IMG/VR virus record: IMGVR_UViG_2534682139_000012
Direction: 5' to 3' (one strand)
Length of the DNA stretch: 28,428 nucleotides
Source of the DNA: a virus
Taxonomy: Duplodnaviria; Heunggongvirae; Uroviricota; Caudoviricetes
Below are positions 6,920 to 15,657 of this stretch, piece after piece. Each line of letters begins with the position of its first letter. Within the stretch, counting starts at the first letter, position 1. The position numbers and the translations under genes are program-made. Under the pieces are notes generated by a model. It was not told where the DNA came from, did not search any database, and saw nothing but the letters and a program-made list of their open reading frames with translations.

Positions 6920-9756
6920 GTGAGTTTGCATGGAGCTGGAATGAACCACGGCCAGCCATTGATCCGGCCAGATTTACGGAGCACAGGCAGGAAACTGAAA
7001 CCGACCTGCAACGCGCCATCCGTTACTACCTTGAGGCGGACAAAAAGGCCCGGGAAGAACAGGAAGCGAAGGAGGAAGCCTTTTTCGCACAATCCGCCAT
7101 GGGTAAAAAACTCATGGCATCCCTTGAGGAAGCCGGACAGCGTGAAAAGCTGGCACAGAGCATCATCAGTAAGCGCCGGGCAACAGAACAAGACCCGGTG
7201 GCCCGTGCCTTTGCCACACTGAAGGCGCTTCCCGTTTATCTGCGAGAACCTCTGAGCCGCCACCTCTCTTTCCTGCGCAAGAAGCAGGAAGCCGATCGTC
7301 AGAAAGGCAAAAAGAGCTGGCAGGCGGAACGCTATGCACGCGGAACCCTGCGCAAAATATTCGAACGTCTGGACCGCACCGACAGCCGCTGGCTGACACC
7401 GGGTTATCGCTCCCTTGCCGGACGCGAACGCCTGGACGATTTGCTTTACCTGCCGCAGCTCAACAAACACCAGATACAGACGCTGGCCACCATGACGGCG
7501 GCGATGTTCAGCAGCACCTTCGAAAAACTCTGCGATGGCTTTGGCGCGACTGATGGCGAACTGACCATGGATGTAACGCTGAAGGCGTATCAGATGCTGG
7601 CCCGCATGGCGTTACACCTGCACGCCATGCCTCCACATTATGACGCACTGACAACAGACAAAGACCGGAGGAACGAACCGGACACGGAGCTGCTGCCGGG
7701 CGCAATCCTTCGCCTGACCTGTGCGGAATGGTGGAAACGCAAACTGTGGCTGTTACGTTGCGAGTGGAGAGAAGAACAACTCCGCGCCGCCTGTCTGGTT
7801 TCCAGAAAAACATCACCCTATCTGAGCCAGGACGCGTTAAGCGAGTTTCGCGCACAGCGCGAGAAAACACGCGATTTCCTGAAAAGTTTTATGCTGGAAA
7901 ACGAAGACGGGTTCACGATTGATCTCGAAACAGTGTATTACGCGGGAGTAAGTAACCCGGTTCACCGTAAGGCAGAAATGATGGCCACCATGAAGGGGCT
8001 GGAACTTCTGGCCGAAGCCCGTGGCGACAAAGCGGTGTTTCTGACTGTCACCTGCCCGTCAAAATACCACGCCACAACAGAGAACGGTCATCCGAATCCC
8101 AAATGGAACGGAGCCACCATGCGCGACTCCAGCGATTACCTGGTTAACACGTTTTTTGCGGCGGTCCGCAAGAAACTGAACCGCGACGGCCTGCGCTGGT
8201 ATGGCATCCGCACGGTGGAGCCTCACCATGACGGCACCGTGCACTGGCATATGATGGTCTTTGCTCATCCGGAAGAAATCGACACCATTGTGTCCCACAC
8301 CCGCGATATTGCCATTCAGGAAGATCGTCACGAGCTGGGTGATGATATTACCCCACGCTTTAAGGCGGAGTACGTCGACGGCTCAAAAGGTACGCCAACC
8401 AGCTACATCGCCACCTACATCGGAAAGAACCTAGACAGCCGCGCCGTGGATGGCATCGACCCGAAAACGGGCAAGCCACGCGTTGACCACGAAACCGGAA
8501 AATCAATGGCCGAGAGCGTGGAACGCGCCATCGGCTGGGCGCGCCTTCACCGTGTCCGCCAGTTCCAGTTCTTTGGTATCCCCTCCCGTCAGGTGTGGCG
8601 TGAACTCCGCCGCCTTGCCAGCCAGATGGCACGCAACCCGGAAGGCCCGCAACGGCTGAAGGATGACGCAATGGATGCGGTACTCGCTGCCGCTGATGCC
8701 GGATGTTTTGCCACCTACATAGAGAAACAGGGCGGCGTACTTGTTCCACGCAAAGACTACCTGATTCGCACCGCCTACGACCTCGCAGATGAGCTGAACG
8801 ATTACGGCGAACAGAGTGTACAGATTTACGGGATCTGGTCGCCGCTCATCGGGGAATCCTCCCGTGTGTGCACGCATCCGGATAACTGGAAGCTGGTAAG
8901 ACGTAAACCGGAAGCGGAAGACAGCGCCCGCGAAAATGGTTTTGACCTTCAGGGCGGCCCTGCCGCCCCTTGGACTCGTGGCAATAACTGTCCCCGTGTA
9001 CAGGAAACGGACAACAACGGGACAGAACAGCCGGAAGAACGGCCAGCACCGTGGCCGCAGCTTCCTGACGGCGTTGATGTGGATGAATGGGTGCGCTCAC
9101 TGAAACGGCACGAACGCCGGGCGCTGATGCGTTCGCTTCGTGACAAACAGGCAAAAAACAGCAGTGATGAAATGCAGAGCTGGACACAGAGCCGCAAACA
9201 GCAGCGGCCTTTGCCTGATAACCACGAATTACTCGCTAGAGAATGGCGGGAGTCTGCTGAATCTCTCGGCCTGCATATCGGTGAACAACAAATGCAGCAC
9301 CTGTTACGGGGCGGCAGTCTGTACGTTGACGGCAGCATCATTGCACCGCAGGGATTTGAAATTGTACGCAAACCGGATACCCGCCCGGACAGCCGAATCA
9401 CGCAGCTCTGGCAGCGCCTGAGCCGTAATCACGGTGTAAGCAGCACGGAGATCCGCCATAACCCGGTCGCCAGCTATCTGGCACAGCTGGGGGCATCAGA
9501 CCCTGAAGCCGCCACACGCCTGGCATCCACACTTCAGCAGGACCAGAACACCATGAAAACACCCGTTACCGTGCTTTCTGACATGCTGCGCGCCATCCGC
9601 GACGCAGAGCACGCACAGAGAATCAGTGAAACCACTGAACGTGCCCGCCGCAAAGCAGACCTGCTGCGGGGTGGCCTGACCAGTGGAAACAAAAAACAGA
9701 CAGAAACGGGATTCACAAATCCCGTAAATGAGCAAAAAACGCGCCGCGATATATGA
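6916..9756 (+). CDS. A: P2 gpA-like rolling-circle replication initiator (HUH endonuclease), with a long C-terminal extension
   Basis: HUH-like motif VHWHMMVFAHPEE and paired tyrosines in SYIATYIGKN; the 946 aa compare with about 760 aa recalled for P2 A; start chosen at the ATG coupled to the upstream stop. Confidence 0.85.
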   Translation: MSEFAWSWNEPRPAIDPARFTEHRQETETDLQRAIRYYLEADKKAREEQEAKEEAFFAQSAMGKKLMASLEEAGQREKLAQSIISKRRATEQDPVARAFATLKALPVYLREPLSRHLSFLRKKQEADRQKGKKSWQAERYARGTLRKIFERLDRTDSRWLTPGYRSLAGRERLDDLLYLPQLNKHQIQTLATMTAAMFSSTFEKLCDGFGATDGELTMDVTLKAYQMLARMALHLHAMPPHYDALTTDKDRRNEPDTELLPGAILRLTCAEWWKRKLWLLRCEWREEQLRAACLVSRKTSPYLSQDALSEFRAQREKTRDFLKSFMLENEDGFTIDLETVYYAGVSNPVHRKAEMMATMKGLELLAEARGDKAVFLTVTCPSKYHATTENGHPNPKWNGATMRDSSDYLVNTFFAAVRKKLNRDGLRWYGIRTVEPHHDGTVHWHMMVFAHPEEIDTIVSHTRDIAIQEDRHELGDDITPRFKAEYVDGSKGTPTSYIATYIGKNLDSRAVDGIDPKTGKPRVDHETGKSMAESVERAIGWARLHRVRQFQFFGIPSRQVWRELRRLASQMARNPEGPQRLKDDAMDAVLAAADAGCFATYIEKQGGVLVPRKDYLIRTAYDLADELNDYGEQSVQIYGIWSPLIGESSRVCTHPDNWKLVRRKPEAEDSARENGFDLQGGPAAPWTRGNNCPRVQETDNNGTEQPEERPAPWPQLPDGVDVDEWVRSLKRHERRALMRSLRDKQAKNSSDEMQSWTQSRKQQRPLPDNHELLAREWRESAESLGLHIGEQQMQHLLRGGSLYVDGSIIAPQGFEIVRKPDTRPDSRITQLWQRLSRNHGVSSTEIRHNPVASYLAQLGASDPEAATRLASTLQQDQNTMKTPVTVLSDMLRAIRDAEHAQRISETTERARRKADLLRGGLTSGNKKQTETGFTNPVNEQKTRRDI

Positions 9757-9801
9757 AGCGCACACAAAACAGGCAAAAACGGGATTTCAGAATCCCGTAA
9801 A
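9704..9801. repeat. Two copies of a 20-bp palindrome ACGGGATT-N4-AATCCCGT, 73 bp apart, upstream of parM; candidate ParR-binding centromere/operator
   Basis: Copy 1 at 9706-9725 (inside the 3' end of the A gene) and copy 2 at 9779-9798 (35 bp upstream of the parM ATG); flanks are also conserved (AAACGGGATT ... CCCGTAAA). Confidence 0.5.
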
Positions 9802-9832
9802 CGATTAATTAATCAACATAAGGAAAAGCGAC

Positions 9833-10792
9833 ATGAAAATTTGTATCGACGACGGCTCCACCAACATCAAGCTGGCATGGACTGAGAACAGCGAACGCCG
9901 CAACGCCATCAGCCCGAACAGCTTCAAGTCGGAATGGTCTGCGCCGTTCGGTGGCTCGCAGCCTGCGAACTACATGCTTGATGGCGTGCGCTATGGTTTT
10001 GATCCGGTCAGCGATCGCTTTGTCCAGACGACCGACACGCAATACCAGTACAGCGATGTGAATGTAATCGCCATTCACCACGCGCTGGTCAAATCAGGCA
10101 TCACACCACAGGAGGTGGATGTGGTTGTCACCCTGCCACTGAGCGAGTATTTCGACACAAACGCACAGCCGGACATGGCCAACATCAACCGCAAAAAAGC
10201 GAACGTTATGCGCCCGGTGGAGTACCAGAACGGCGAAGCATTCACTATCCGTAACGTGCGGGTTATGCCTGAATCCATTCCGGCTGGCTTTAAGGCACTG
10301 GCTGACATGAGTCCGTTTGAATCCCTGCTGATTGTGGATTTAGGCGGAACCACGCTGGATGTGGCAAAGGTCCAGGGACAACTGGCAGGTATCAGCCAGG
10401 TGTTTTGCGATCCACACGTAGGCGTTTCCCTGATGGCCGATGCCGTACTGTCGGTGATGGCCACTAACGGTATGCGTACCAGTCACCACATCGCCAATAC
10501 CATTATCGAACATCGCCATGATGAAGCCTGGTTGCGCCAACACATCCACAATGACGCGCATTACGCCAGCCTGATGGCGGTTATTCGTGAAAAGGAAGAA
10601 ACACTGAAACAACGCGTGATCCGCGCGCTGGCGGGTTTTTCGGGTTACGGACGGGTGATGGTTGTCGGTGGCGGGGCGGAGATTGTGGCACCCGCTATCC
10701 GCGAAGCCTGCGGAGTTAATGCGACTTTCATCGCGGACGGGGTGCCACAGTTTGCTCTGGTTAATGGGCTGTACGCAATGGACAAGGAGTAA
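9833..10792 (+). CDS. parM: ParM/StbA-family actin-like segregation ATPase
   Basis: N-terminus MKICIDDGSTNIKLAW ... SPNSFKSEW ... YSDVNVIAIHHAL closely resembles plasmid R1 ParM (MLVFIDDGSTNIKLQW ... SPNSFKREW ... YSDVNVVAVHHAL). Confidence 0.85.
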   Translation: MKICIDDGSTNIKLAWTENSERRNAISPNSFKSEWSAPFGGSQPANYMLDGVRYGFDPVSDRFVQTTDTQYQYSDVNVIAIHHALVKSGITPQEVDVVVTLPLSEYFDTNAQPDMANINRKKANVMRPVEYQNGEAFTIRNVRVMPESIPAGFKALADMSPFESLLIVDLGGTTLDVAKVQGQLAGISQVFCDPHVGVSLMADAVLSVMATNGMRTSHHIANTIIEHRHDEAWLRQHIHNDAHYASLMAVIREKEETLKQRVIRALAGFSGYGRVMVVGGGAEIVAPAIREACGVNATFIADGVPQFALVNGLYAMDKE

Positions 10793-10796
10793 ACCA

Positions 10797-11108
10797 ATGA
10801 CGACACCAACCAGACGGATAAGTTTCTATCTGAAGCCCGCCGCCGTCAAGAACGAAGGCGAAGCATGCGCCTGGCTGGACAGCCTTACACCAGAAGCCCG
10901 CAAAAGCGGCCAACGTGTGGCTTTTCTGGCCGGGCTGGCACTTCTGAAAATGAATCCGGCAGAGGCTTACCGACTGGCTGCATGGGCTGATGATGAAGCG
11001 TTATCAGTGACACAAACCAGGACAGAACGCCCCGCATCACAGCCAGTATCAACCGCACAGATAACCAGTCAGATGGCCGGAAATATCCGGGCGTTATTTC
11101 CTGAATAA
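10797..11108 (+). CDS. parR: ParR-like partition adaptor (DNA-binding partner of ParM)
   Basis: MTTPTRRISFYLKPAAV ... LDSLTPEARKSGQRVAFLAGLAL resembles R1 ParR (RRTIAFKLNPD ... LDSIPQGERSRLNRAALTAGLAL); RBS AAGGAG; directly follows parM. Confidence 0.6.
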   Translation: MTTPTRRISFYLKPAAVKNEGEACAWLDSLTPEARKSGQRVAFLAGLALLKMNPAEAYRLAAWADDEALSVTQTRTERPASQPVSTAQITSQMAGNIRALFPE

Positions 11109-11171
11109 CACAACATCAGGGCGAGTTCGCCCTGCTCTCCACCTCAGAACATAAACAAGGAGAACGACTTA

Positions 11172-11507
11172 ATGAGCGAAATCAACTATCAGGCATTACG
11201 TGAACGTTATTCACCTGTGCCAGTACCGAAATGCCCTATTTGCGGCGAGGAAATGTCAATTCAGCGAATATCTGGAGCACAGGTTGTTTATGCCTGCTCC
11301 GGTTATGGTGATGATGGAGATTTCAAAATTGGCCGAACTCTTGCCGACGAACATTATGAAAAATCACACGTAACAGTGTTGGATGTCGGGATCCTGAAGT
11401 ATTGGCGCTACTTGATTGGCTGGAAACCAAAGACAACCGAATCGCTGAACTGGAAAAAATCGCCACTGACTATGCACTTAAATTCCAGAAAGCACAGGAC
11501 GCATTAA
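11172..11507 (+). CDS. Hypothetical protein with a CxxC pair (possible zinc-ribbon); may be frame-disrupted
   Basis: CPICGEEM ... YACSGYGDDG in the N-terminus; an overlapping frame (11360-11554) encodes a coiled-coil-like tail (LALLDWLETKDNRIAELEKIATDYALKFQKAQDALKYAALL) with no start codon of its own. Confidence 0.4.
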   Translation: MSEINYQALRERYSPVPVPKCPICGEEMSIQRISGAQVVYACSGYGDDGDFKIGRTLADEHYEKSHVTVLDVGILKYWRYLIGWKPKTTESLNWKKSPLTMHLNSRKHRTH

Positions 11508-11644
11508 AGTACGCCGCTTTGCTGCATAGCAGGACAGCGCAGCTAAAATACTAACTTAAAGCGGAAGATTAATACATGGTGAGTCGGGGTAATTTGTTTT
11601 TATCCCAACAAATAAACAAAAAAGTGGACTATCTCTGTAGTATC

Positions 11645-12175
11645 TTATTCAGCATCGTCTCGTGCAGTCTGTGCATACGTCACAACAACGCCCAATGCAT
11701 TAGTTTTCTTTTCAACATAGATAATATTGTCATATTCATAGTTACCATACGGATAGCAAATAAGAATATTTTTATGCAGTTCGGGATCATCAACAAACGC
11801 TCCGGAACAGCTTCTTGAACTACCAGATGTATACTCATACGGTGCAACATATGATGATGTTACTCCTGGTAAAAAATAAGTCACCATCATAAGAGGGATA
11901 ATCAGGAATATCCCTGTAAGAATGCAAGAGCCAGCATAAACCTTCAGGTATTCCGACAGTCCTTTCCAGCCACTTTGCTTCACTACCCCCCTCTTCACCA
12001 GAAACAAGGAGAAGAAAAAGGACATACCCATACTACACAAGATGTAATAATTGGATATACGCGAATTAAGATATGTAATCCTGTAGATATCTGCCCTCCA
12101 CCAGTAAAAGAGGAAAATAATCCCTAGCACTGAAACAGTCATGCAAATCAAATAAGGATATGAATCTTTCTTCAT
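11645..12175 (-). CDS. AT-rich integral membrane protein of unknown function at the P2 tin/old-equivalent position
   Basis: 176-aa ORF with three or four hydrophobic helices and a Tyr-rich C-terminal domain; markedly AT-rich and opposite in strand to the flanking phage genes. Confidence 0.6.
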   Translation of the reverse strand: MKKDSYPYLICMTVSVLGIIFLFYWWRADIYRITYLNSRISNYYILCSMGMSFFFSLFLVKRGVVKQSGWKGLSEYLKVYAGSCILTGIFLIIPLMMVTYFLPGVTSSYVAPYEYTSGSSRSCSGAFVDDPELHKNILICYPYGNYEYDNIIYVEKKTNALGVVVTYAQTARDDAE

Positions 12176-12654
12176 GTCTTGCGCCCATTAAAATTTCCCT
12201 GCTACGAACAAATTTACCATCCGTTTTTTGCGCAGAAAACAGCACGATGCACACTGCACGATAGTGCACAAATTTGCACAATTTTTTTGAACGACTTTTT
12301 GCCCTTCCGGCCCCCGTGGCGGCTGGATCCGTCAAGGATCCGTGCGTGCACAAAAAAACGCGTTTTTTCTGCGCGCAGGTGACGGGGGAACAGCCCGCGT
12401 TTCAGGGGGTAAATAGCATTCCCTGAACGATGTCGCAGAGATACAACAGAATGGCTGTATTTCTCACGCTGAGCGTGAAAAAGACGTGAGGGCTTTTGAT
12501 TTGATGGGGTGAAAGGTAAGGCCGTCAAAATCGCACTGAGACGGCGAGAACATGCAGTCAACGCGGTGGGATTGCGTAAGAGTCTGACTGTCGATGATGG
12601 CAATCAGCAGGAAAGCGTCGTGAAATTATCTGACTGATACAGGAGCTGGAGAGT

Positions 12655-12679
12655 CGGGGCATAAATTTTTTATGCCCCG
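12655..12679. other. Perfect 11-bp-stem palindrome CGGGGCATAAA-ttt-TTTATGCCCCG just downstream of the portal gene (candidate terminator or packaging-region site)
   Basis: Read directly; lies in the 530-bp intergenic region where cos is expected by P2 synteny. Confidence 0.4.
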
Positions 12680-12705
12680 GCGAAGCAGCAGACAAGCGAA
12701 GCGCG

Positions 12706-13752
12706 TCAGGATGTGGGCTGGGTGTCTAACAGTGCGTAAGGGTTAAAGCGGATCACCTCTTCCCCAAGCCAGTCATTGATGTGCTTCATGGCCTCCATGA
12801 CGGGCATCAGCTCGTTAATTGCGTAAACCCGCGCGGCCTTCTCCACATCACCAAACGCACTTTTTTCGCCCGGCATCGCCCCCATCAGTTGCGGCGGAAC
12901 GCGGTGCGCAGCCAGCACATCATCACGGGATGCCGCCTTAACATTCATGAACTCATCCTTTGCGGTGATCTGCTGGAACGGCAAAATTTGCACCCCCTCT
13001 TTGCCCCCGTTGGGCGCATGGATGAGCACGTTTTTAAACGCGCCACCACCACGCGCACCCTGTAACGTTTCTTTCAGGGAGTCCATGCTTTCGCGGTTTA
13101 CCTGCGCTGCACCGATGTAGATGATGCACCCGGCGTGGGATCCATTGTCGTAATACAGTTTTCTGAACATGTCCGCCGAATGAGACAGGCTGGCCGAGAG
13201 TAATGCGCCAAGATATTCCGGCATGCCGTAAATTTCCTGGTTAATATCCGGATTCATTAGGTGGCACACTTTGCCAGGGCGAAACTGGAACGCGTCCTTG
13301 CCATCCTGCACATACCACCATGATTCAAGATCGCTTCCGCGTCGCATGTATTTCGCCAGTGCGTGCCGTAATTTAAGCGGTTCGCCGAGCATATTGCTTC
13401 TAAGCTCAAGGAATGCGTTACCGAACACAAACCAGTCCAGCGCCAGCGCCGAGAAATCCTGCCGGGAAAGCAGCGGGTGCGGGATGTAGCAACCGAGTAA
13501 TACATTGCGCTTAAAGTAAAGCGCAGACTGATGCCAGGACGTTTGCCGGGCTGCTCTTGCCAGACCGTACCAGTCCACCGGGGTTTCATACCACCGCCCG
13601 TTATCAGCACAGTACATATTGTCCAGCAGGTCATGCCCGGTCAGGCGATAAGGACCATCAAATGTGAATGCACTGAGCGATGATTCTTTCCTGAGCGCAT
13701 CAGCGAGATCAATGCGTGAACTCATGCGCACTTTTTTATTTTTTCTGCTCAT
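12706..13752 (-). CDS. Q: P2 gpQ-like portal protein
   Basis: 348 aa, position and orientation as in P2 (Q then P leftward, next to cos); length matches P2 Q (about 344 aa). Confidence 0.85.
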   Translation of the reverse strand: MSRKNKKVRMSSRIDLADALRKESSLSAFTFDGPYRLTGHDLLDNMYCADNGRWYETPVDWYGLARAARQTSWHQSALYFKRNVLLGCYIPHPLLSRQDFSALALDWFVFGNAFLELRSNMLGEPLKLRHALAKYMRRGSDLESWWYVQDGKDAFQFRPGKVCHLMNPDINQEIYGMPEYLGALLSASLSHSADMFRKLYYDNGSHAGCIIYIGAAQVNRESMDSLKETLQGARGGGAFKNVLIHAPNGGKEGVQILPFQQITAKDEFMNVKAASRDDVLAAHRVPPQLMGAMPGEKSAFGDVEKAARVYAINELMPVMEAMKHINDWLGEEVIRFNPYALLDTQPTS

Positions 13753-15503
13753 CAGAACTCCATAACCGTGAAACGCTCGTTTTCTCCTTCGCCGCCAATC
13801 GGTTCGTTAATGACAGCAAGCATGGTTGCCCACGCAAGGTCGCCGTGGCTGATCCCCCTCGCGCGGTCCGTTTCGTAAGTGATAAAGCCGCCCGGTGTTT
13901 TCACCTTACGCACGGCGTTAAAGGCCGCGACCAGCTCGCGTTCGGCGCGATCGTATTCCCACCGTCCGGCACGCATTATTTGCAGCATTTTCAGTACCAG
14001 CGACCGTTTGGATGACAGCGTGAAGGTGTACGGAATAGCAGCAGGGAAAAACCGCTTCACTATCTGATAAACAGCCTCCCCGTTCCCGCCCGTCACATCA
14101 ATGCCGATGTGTTCCACGTTGTAGCGACGCGTGAACTCTTCAATGACTCTGGCCTGTTCTTCAAACTCCAGCCCCTGAACGCGTCGCGTCTCCACCGTTC
14201 GAAAACGGCCGCCAGGAACAGCCGGAGGAACCACCACGGACACAGCGCCGCTGTCGCCGTTGCCACTGCTGCCGTTTGCGTCATACCCAATCCATACCGG
14301 ACGATTCCCCATCGGGCGGGGAGCAAAAGGTTTCCAGTCTTTCCAGTCGTCGTATCCGTCAACACCGCAGCCAATCAGGATATTCAGGTTAAATGCCGAT
14401 TCCCCTTCGCGGACAAACTCACACATATAGAGATTGAGGAACTCGTCTTCGGTGTTTTCATCACGAATTTCGTCGATATCGGTGTGTTTCCAGCCGTGAT
14501 TAACCACATCTTCCAGCGTGACAATTTGCCGCCACGTCCGGTCAGGGCAGATAAGCCCATTATGCAGCGTTTTCCAGTCCACAGAAAAACGCTGGCGTTT
14601 ATGCGAGGCCTTTTTCTCGTTCCAGCGGTCGCCGTTCCAGTAGGCGTATGCCTCGTGCGTTTCGGTGGATGGCGTGGAGAAGTAGGTGCGCCGCAGTCCG
14701 CTGAGGGTTGCCATAGCGCCAGCCACCTTGCGCAGTTCAGCAAAGCGACTGACCCAGAAGAATTCATCAAAATAAAAATTGCCCGTATAGGACTGTGCCG
14801 ACGCAGCAGAAGTGCCGAGAAAATGCAGCTCTGCGCCGTTGGAGAGGATGATTTTATCGCCCCCTTTCAGCTCCACATCAACTTCAGCCGCGGCCTTCTG
14901 AATAATGCTTTTAAACTGGAACGCCTGACGACGCGACGCAGACAAAAAAATCTGGTTACGCTGGTAAGGTTGCGCCACATCGTCACGCAGCGCCATCAGC
15001 AGTGCTTCCTGTGCAAAATACCAGGTCGCCCCAATCTGTCGGGATTTCAGGATCATCCTGTTACGTATCCCTGCTTCCCTGCAAAGGGTCAGGGAGTCAA
15101 ACCAGCCCCGCTGATGCCACTCCAGCCTGCTGATGATTTTTTCCCGCAGTGCGGCAATCTGTTTCGGCGTGAAATGATTTTTGAGTTTTTTCGCCCGGCC
15201 TTTCTTTCCTGCGGCCATCACATCCGGCTGGCCATCATGCAGCTTTTTAAGCTGCCGGGTCAGCAGGTCTATTTCCTTAAAGTCACCGCCTGTTTTATTC
15301 TGTTTTTCAGTAAGCTGGATGAGGCGCGCATCGATGGACTGCGTGACACGCTGCACGGGTGGCGTTTCATCCCACTGGTCACGTTTTTTCCACGCATAAA
15401 TCGTGTTCGGGTTTATTCCCATCAGACGTGATATTTCTGCGGGCGGATAACCCTGCCAGTAAAGTTGCCGCGCACGCTGGCGCACAAAAGCGTCCTGAAT
15501 CAT
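13752..15503 (-). CDS. P: P2 gpP-like terminase large (ATPase) subunit
   Basis: 583 aa; N-terminal HTH-like region, then an ATPase/nuclease body; stop overlaps the Q start by 1 nt; synteny with P2. Confidence 0.85.
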   Translation of the reverse strand: MIQDAFVRQRARQLYWQGYPPAEISRLMGINPNTIYAWKKRDQWDETPPVQRVTQSIDARLIQLTEKQNKTGGDFKEIDLLTRQLKKLHDGQPDVMAAGKKGRAKKLKNHFTPKQIAALREKIISRLEWHQRGWFDSLTLCREAGIRNRMILKSRQIGATWYFAQEALLMALRDDVAQPYQRNQIFLSASRRQAFQFKSIIQKAAAEVDVELKGGDKIILSNGAELHFLGTSAASAQSYTGNFYFDEFFWVSRFAELRKVAGAMATLSGLRRTYFSTPSTETHEAYAYWNGDRWNEKKASHKRQRFSVDWKTLHNGLICPDRTWRQIVTLEDVVNHGWKHTDIDEIRDENTEDEFLNLYMCEFVREGESAFNLNILIGCGVDGYDDWKDWKPFAPRPMGNRPVWIGYDANGSSGNGDSGAVSVVVPPAVPGGRFRTVETRRVQGLEFEEQARVIEEFTRRYNVEHIGIDVTGGNGEAVYQIVKRFFPAAIPYTFTLSSKRSLVLKMLQIMRAGRWEYDRAERELVAAFNAVRKVKTPGGFITYETDRARGISHGDLAWATMLAVINEPIGGEGENERFTVMEF

Positions 15504-15657
15504 TGCTCCCCCTGAGTAATTACAGGAAGATTACCCGCGCGCGAAACTGTTCTCCTTAACCCTCTGTTCTGACTGTTTTCTTACAACAAAAGCCCTTTGT
15601 ATCAGCCTGTTACGCTTTGCCATCATGACTGAAGAACCAGTCAGAGGGGCAAAAACT

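Noticed and set aside
7026-9776. Numerous 60-150-aa ORFs in other frames and on the minus strand inside the gpA gene
   Set aside because: Shadow ORFs within a long conserved gene; none has an RBS or protein-like composition.
12214-12603. 129-aa minus-strand ORF in the cos-region intergenic space
   Set aside because: Basic low-complexity translation, no RBS, and it overlaps palindromic noncoding features.
14109-15431. 440-aa plus-strand ORF antisense to the terminase large subunit gene
   Set aside because: It lies entirely inside and opposite to a well-supported conserved terminase gene and has a low-complexity, Arg/Pro-rich translation; a typical shadow ORF of GC-rich coding DNA.
15504-15657. 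Search for Ogr-type late-promoter dyads (TGT-N12-ACA) between the P and O genes
   Set aside because: No exact TGT-N12-ACA match found by eye; late promoters probably exist here by synteny but cannot be pinned down from the sequence alone.
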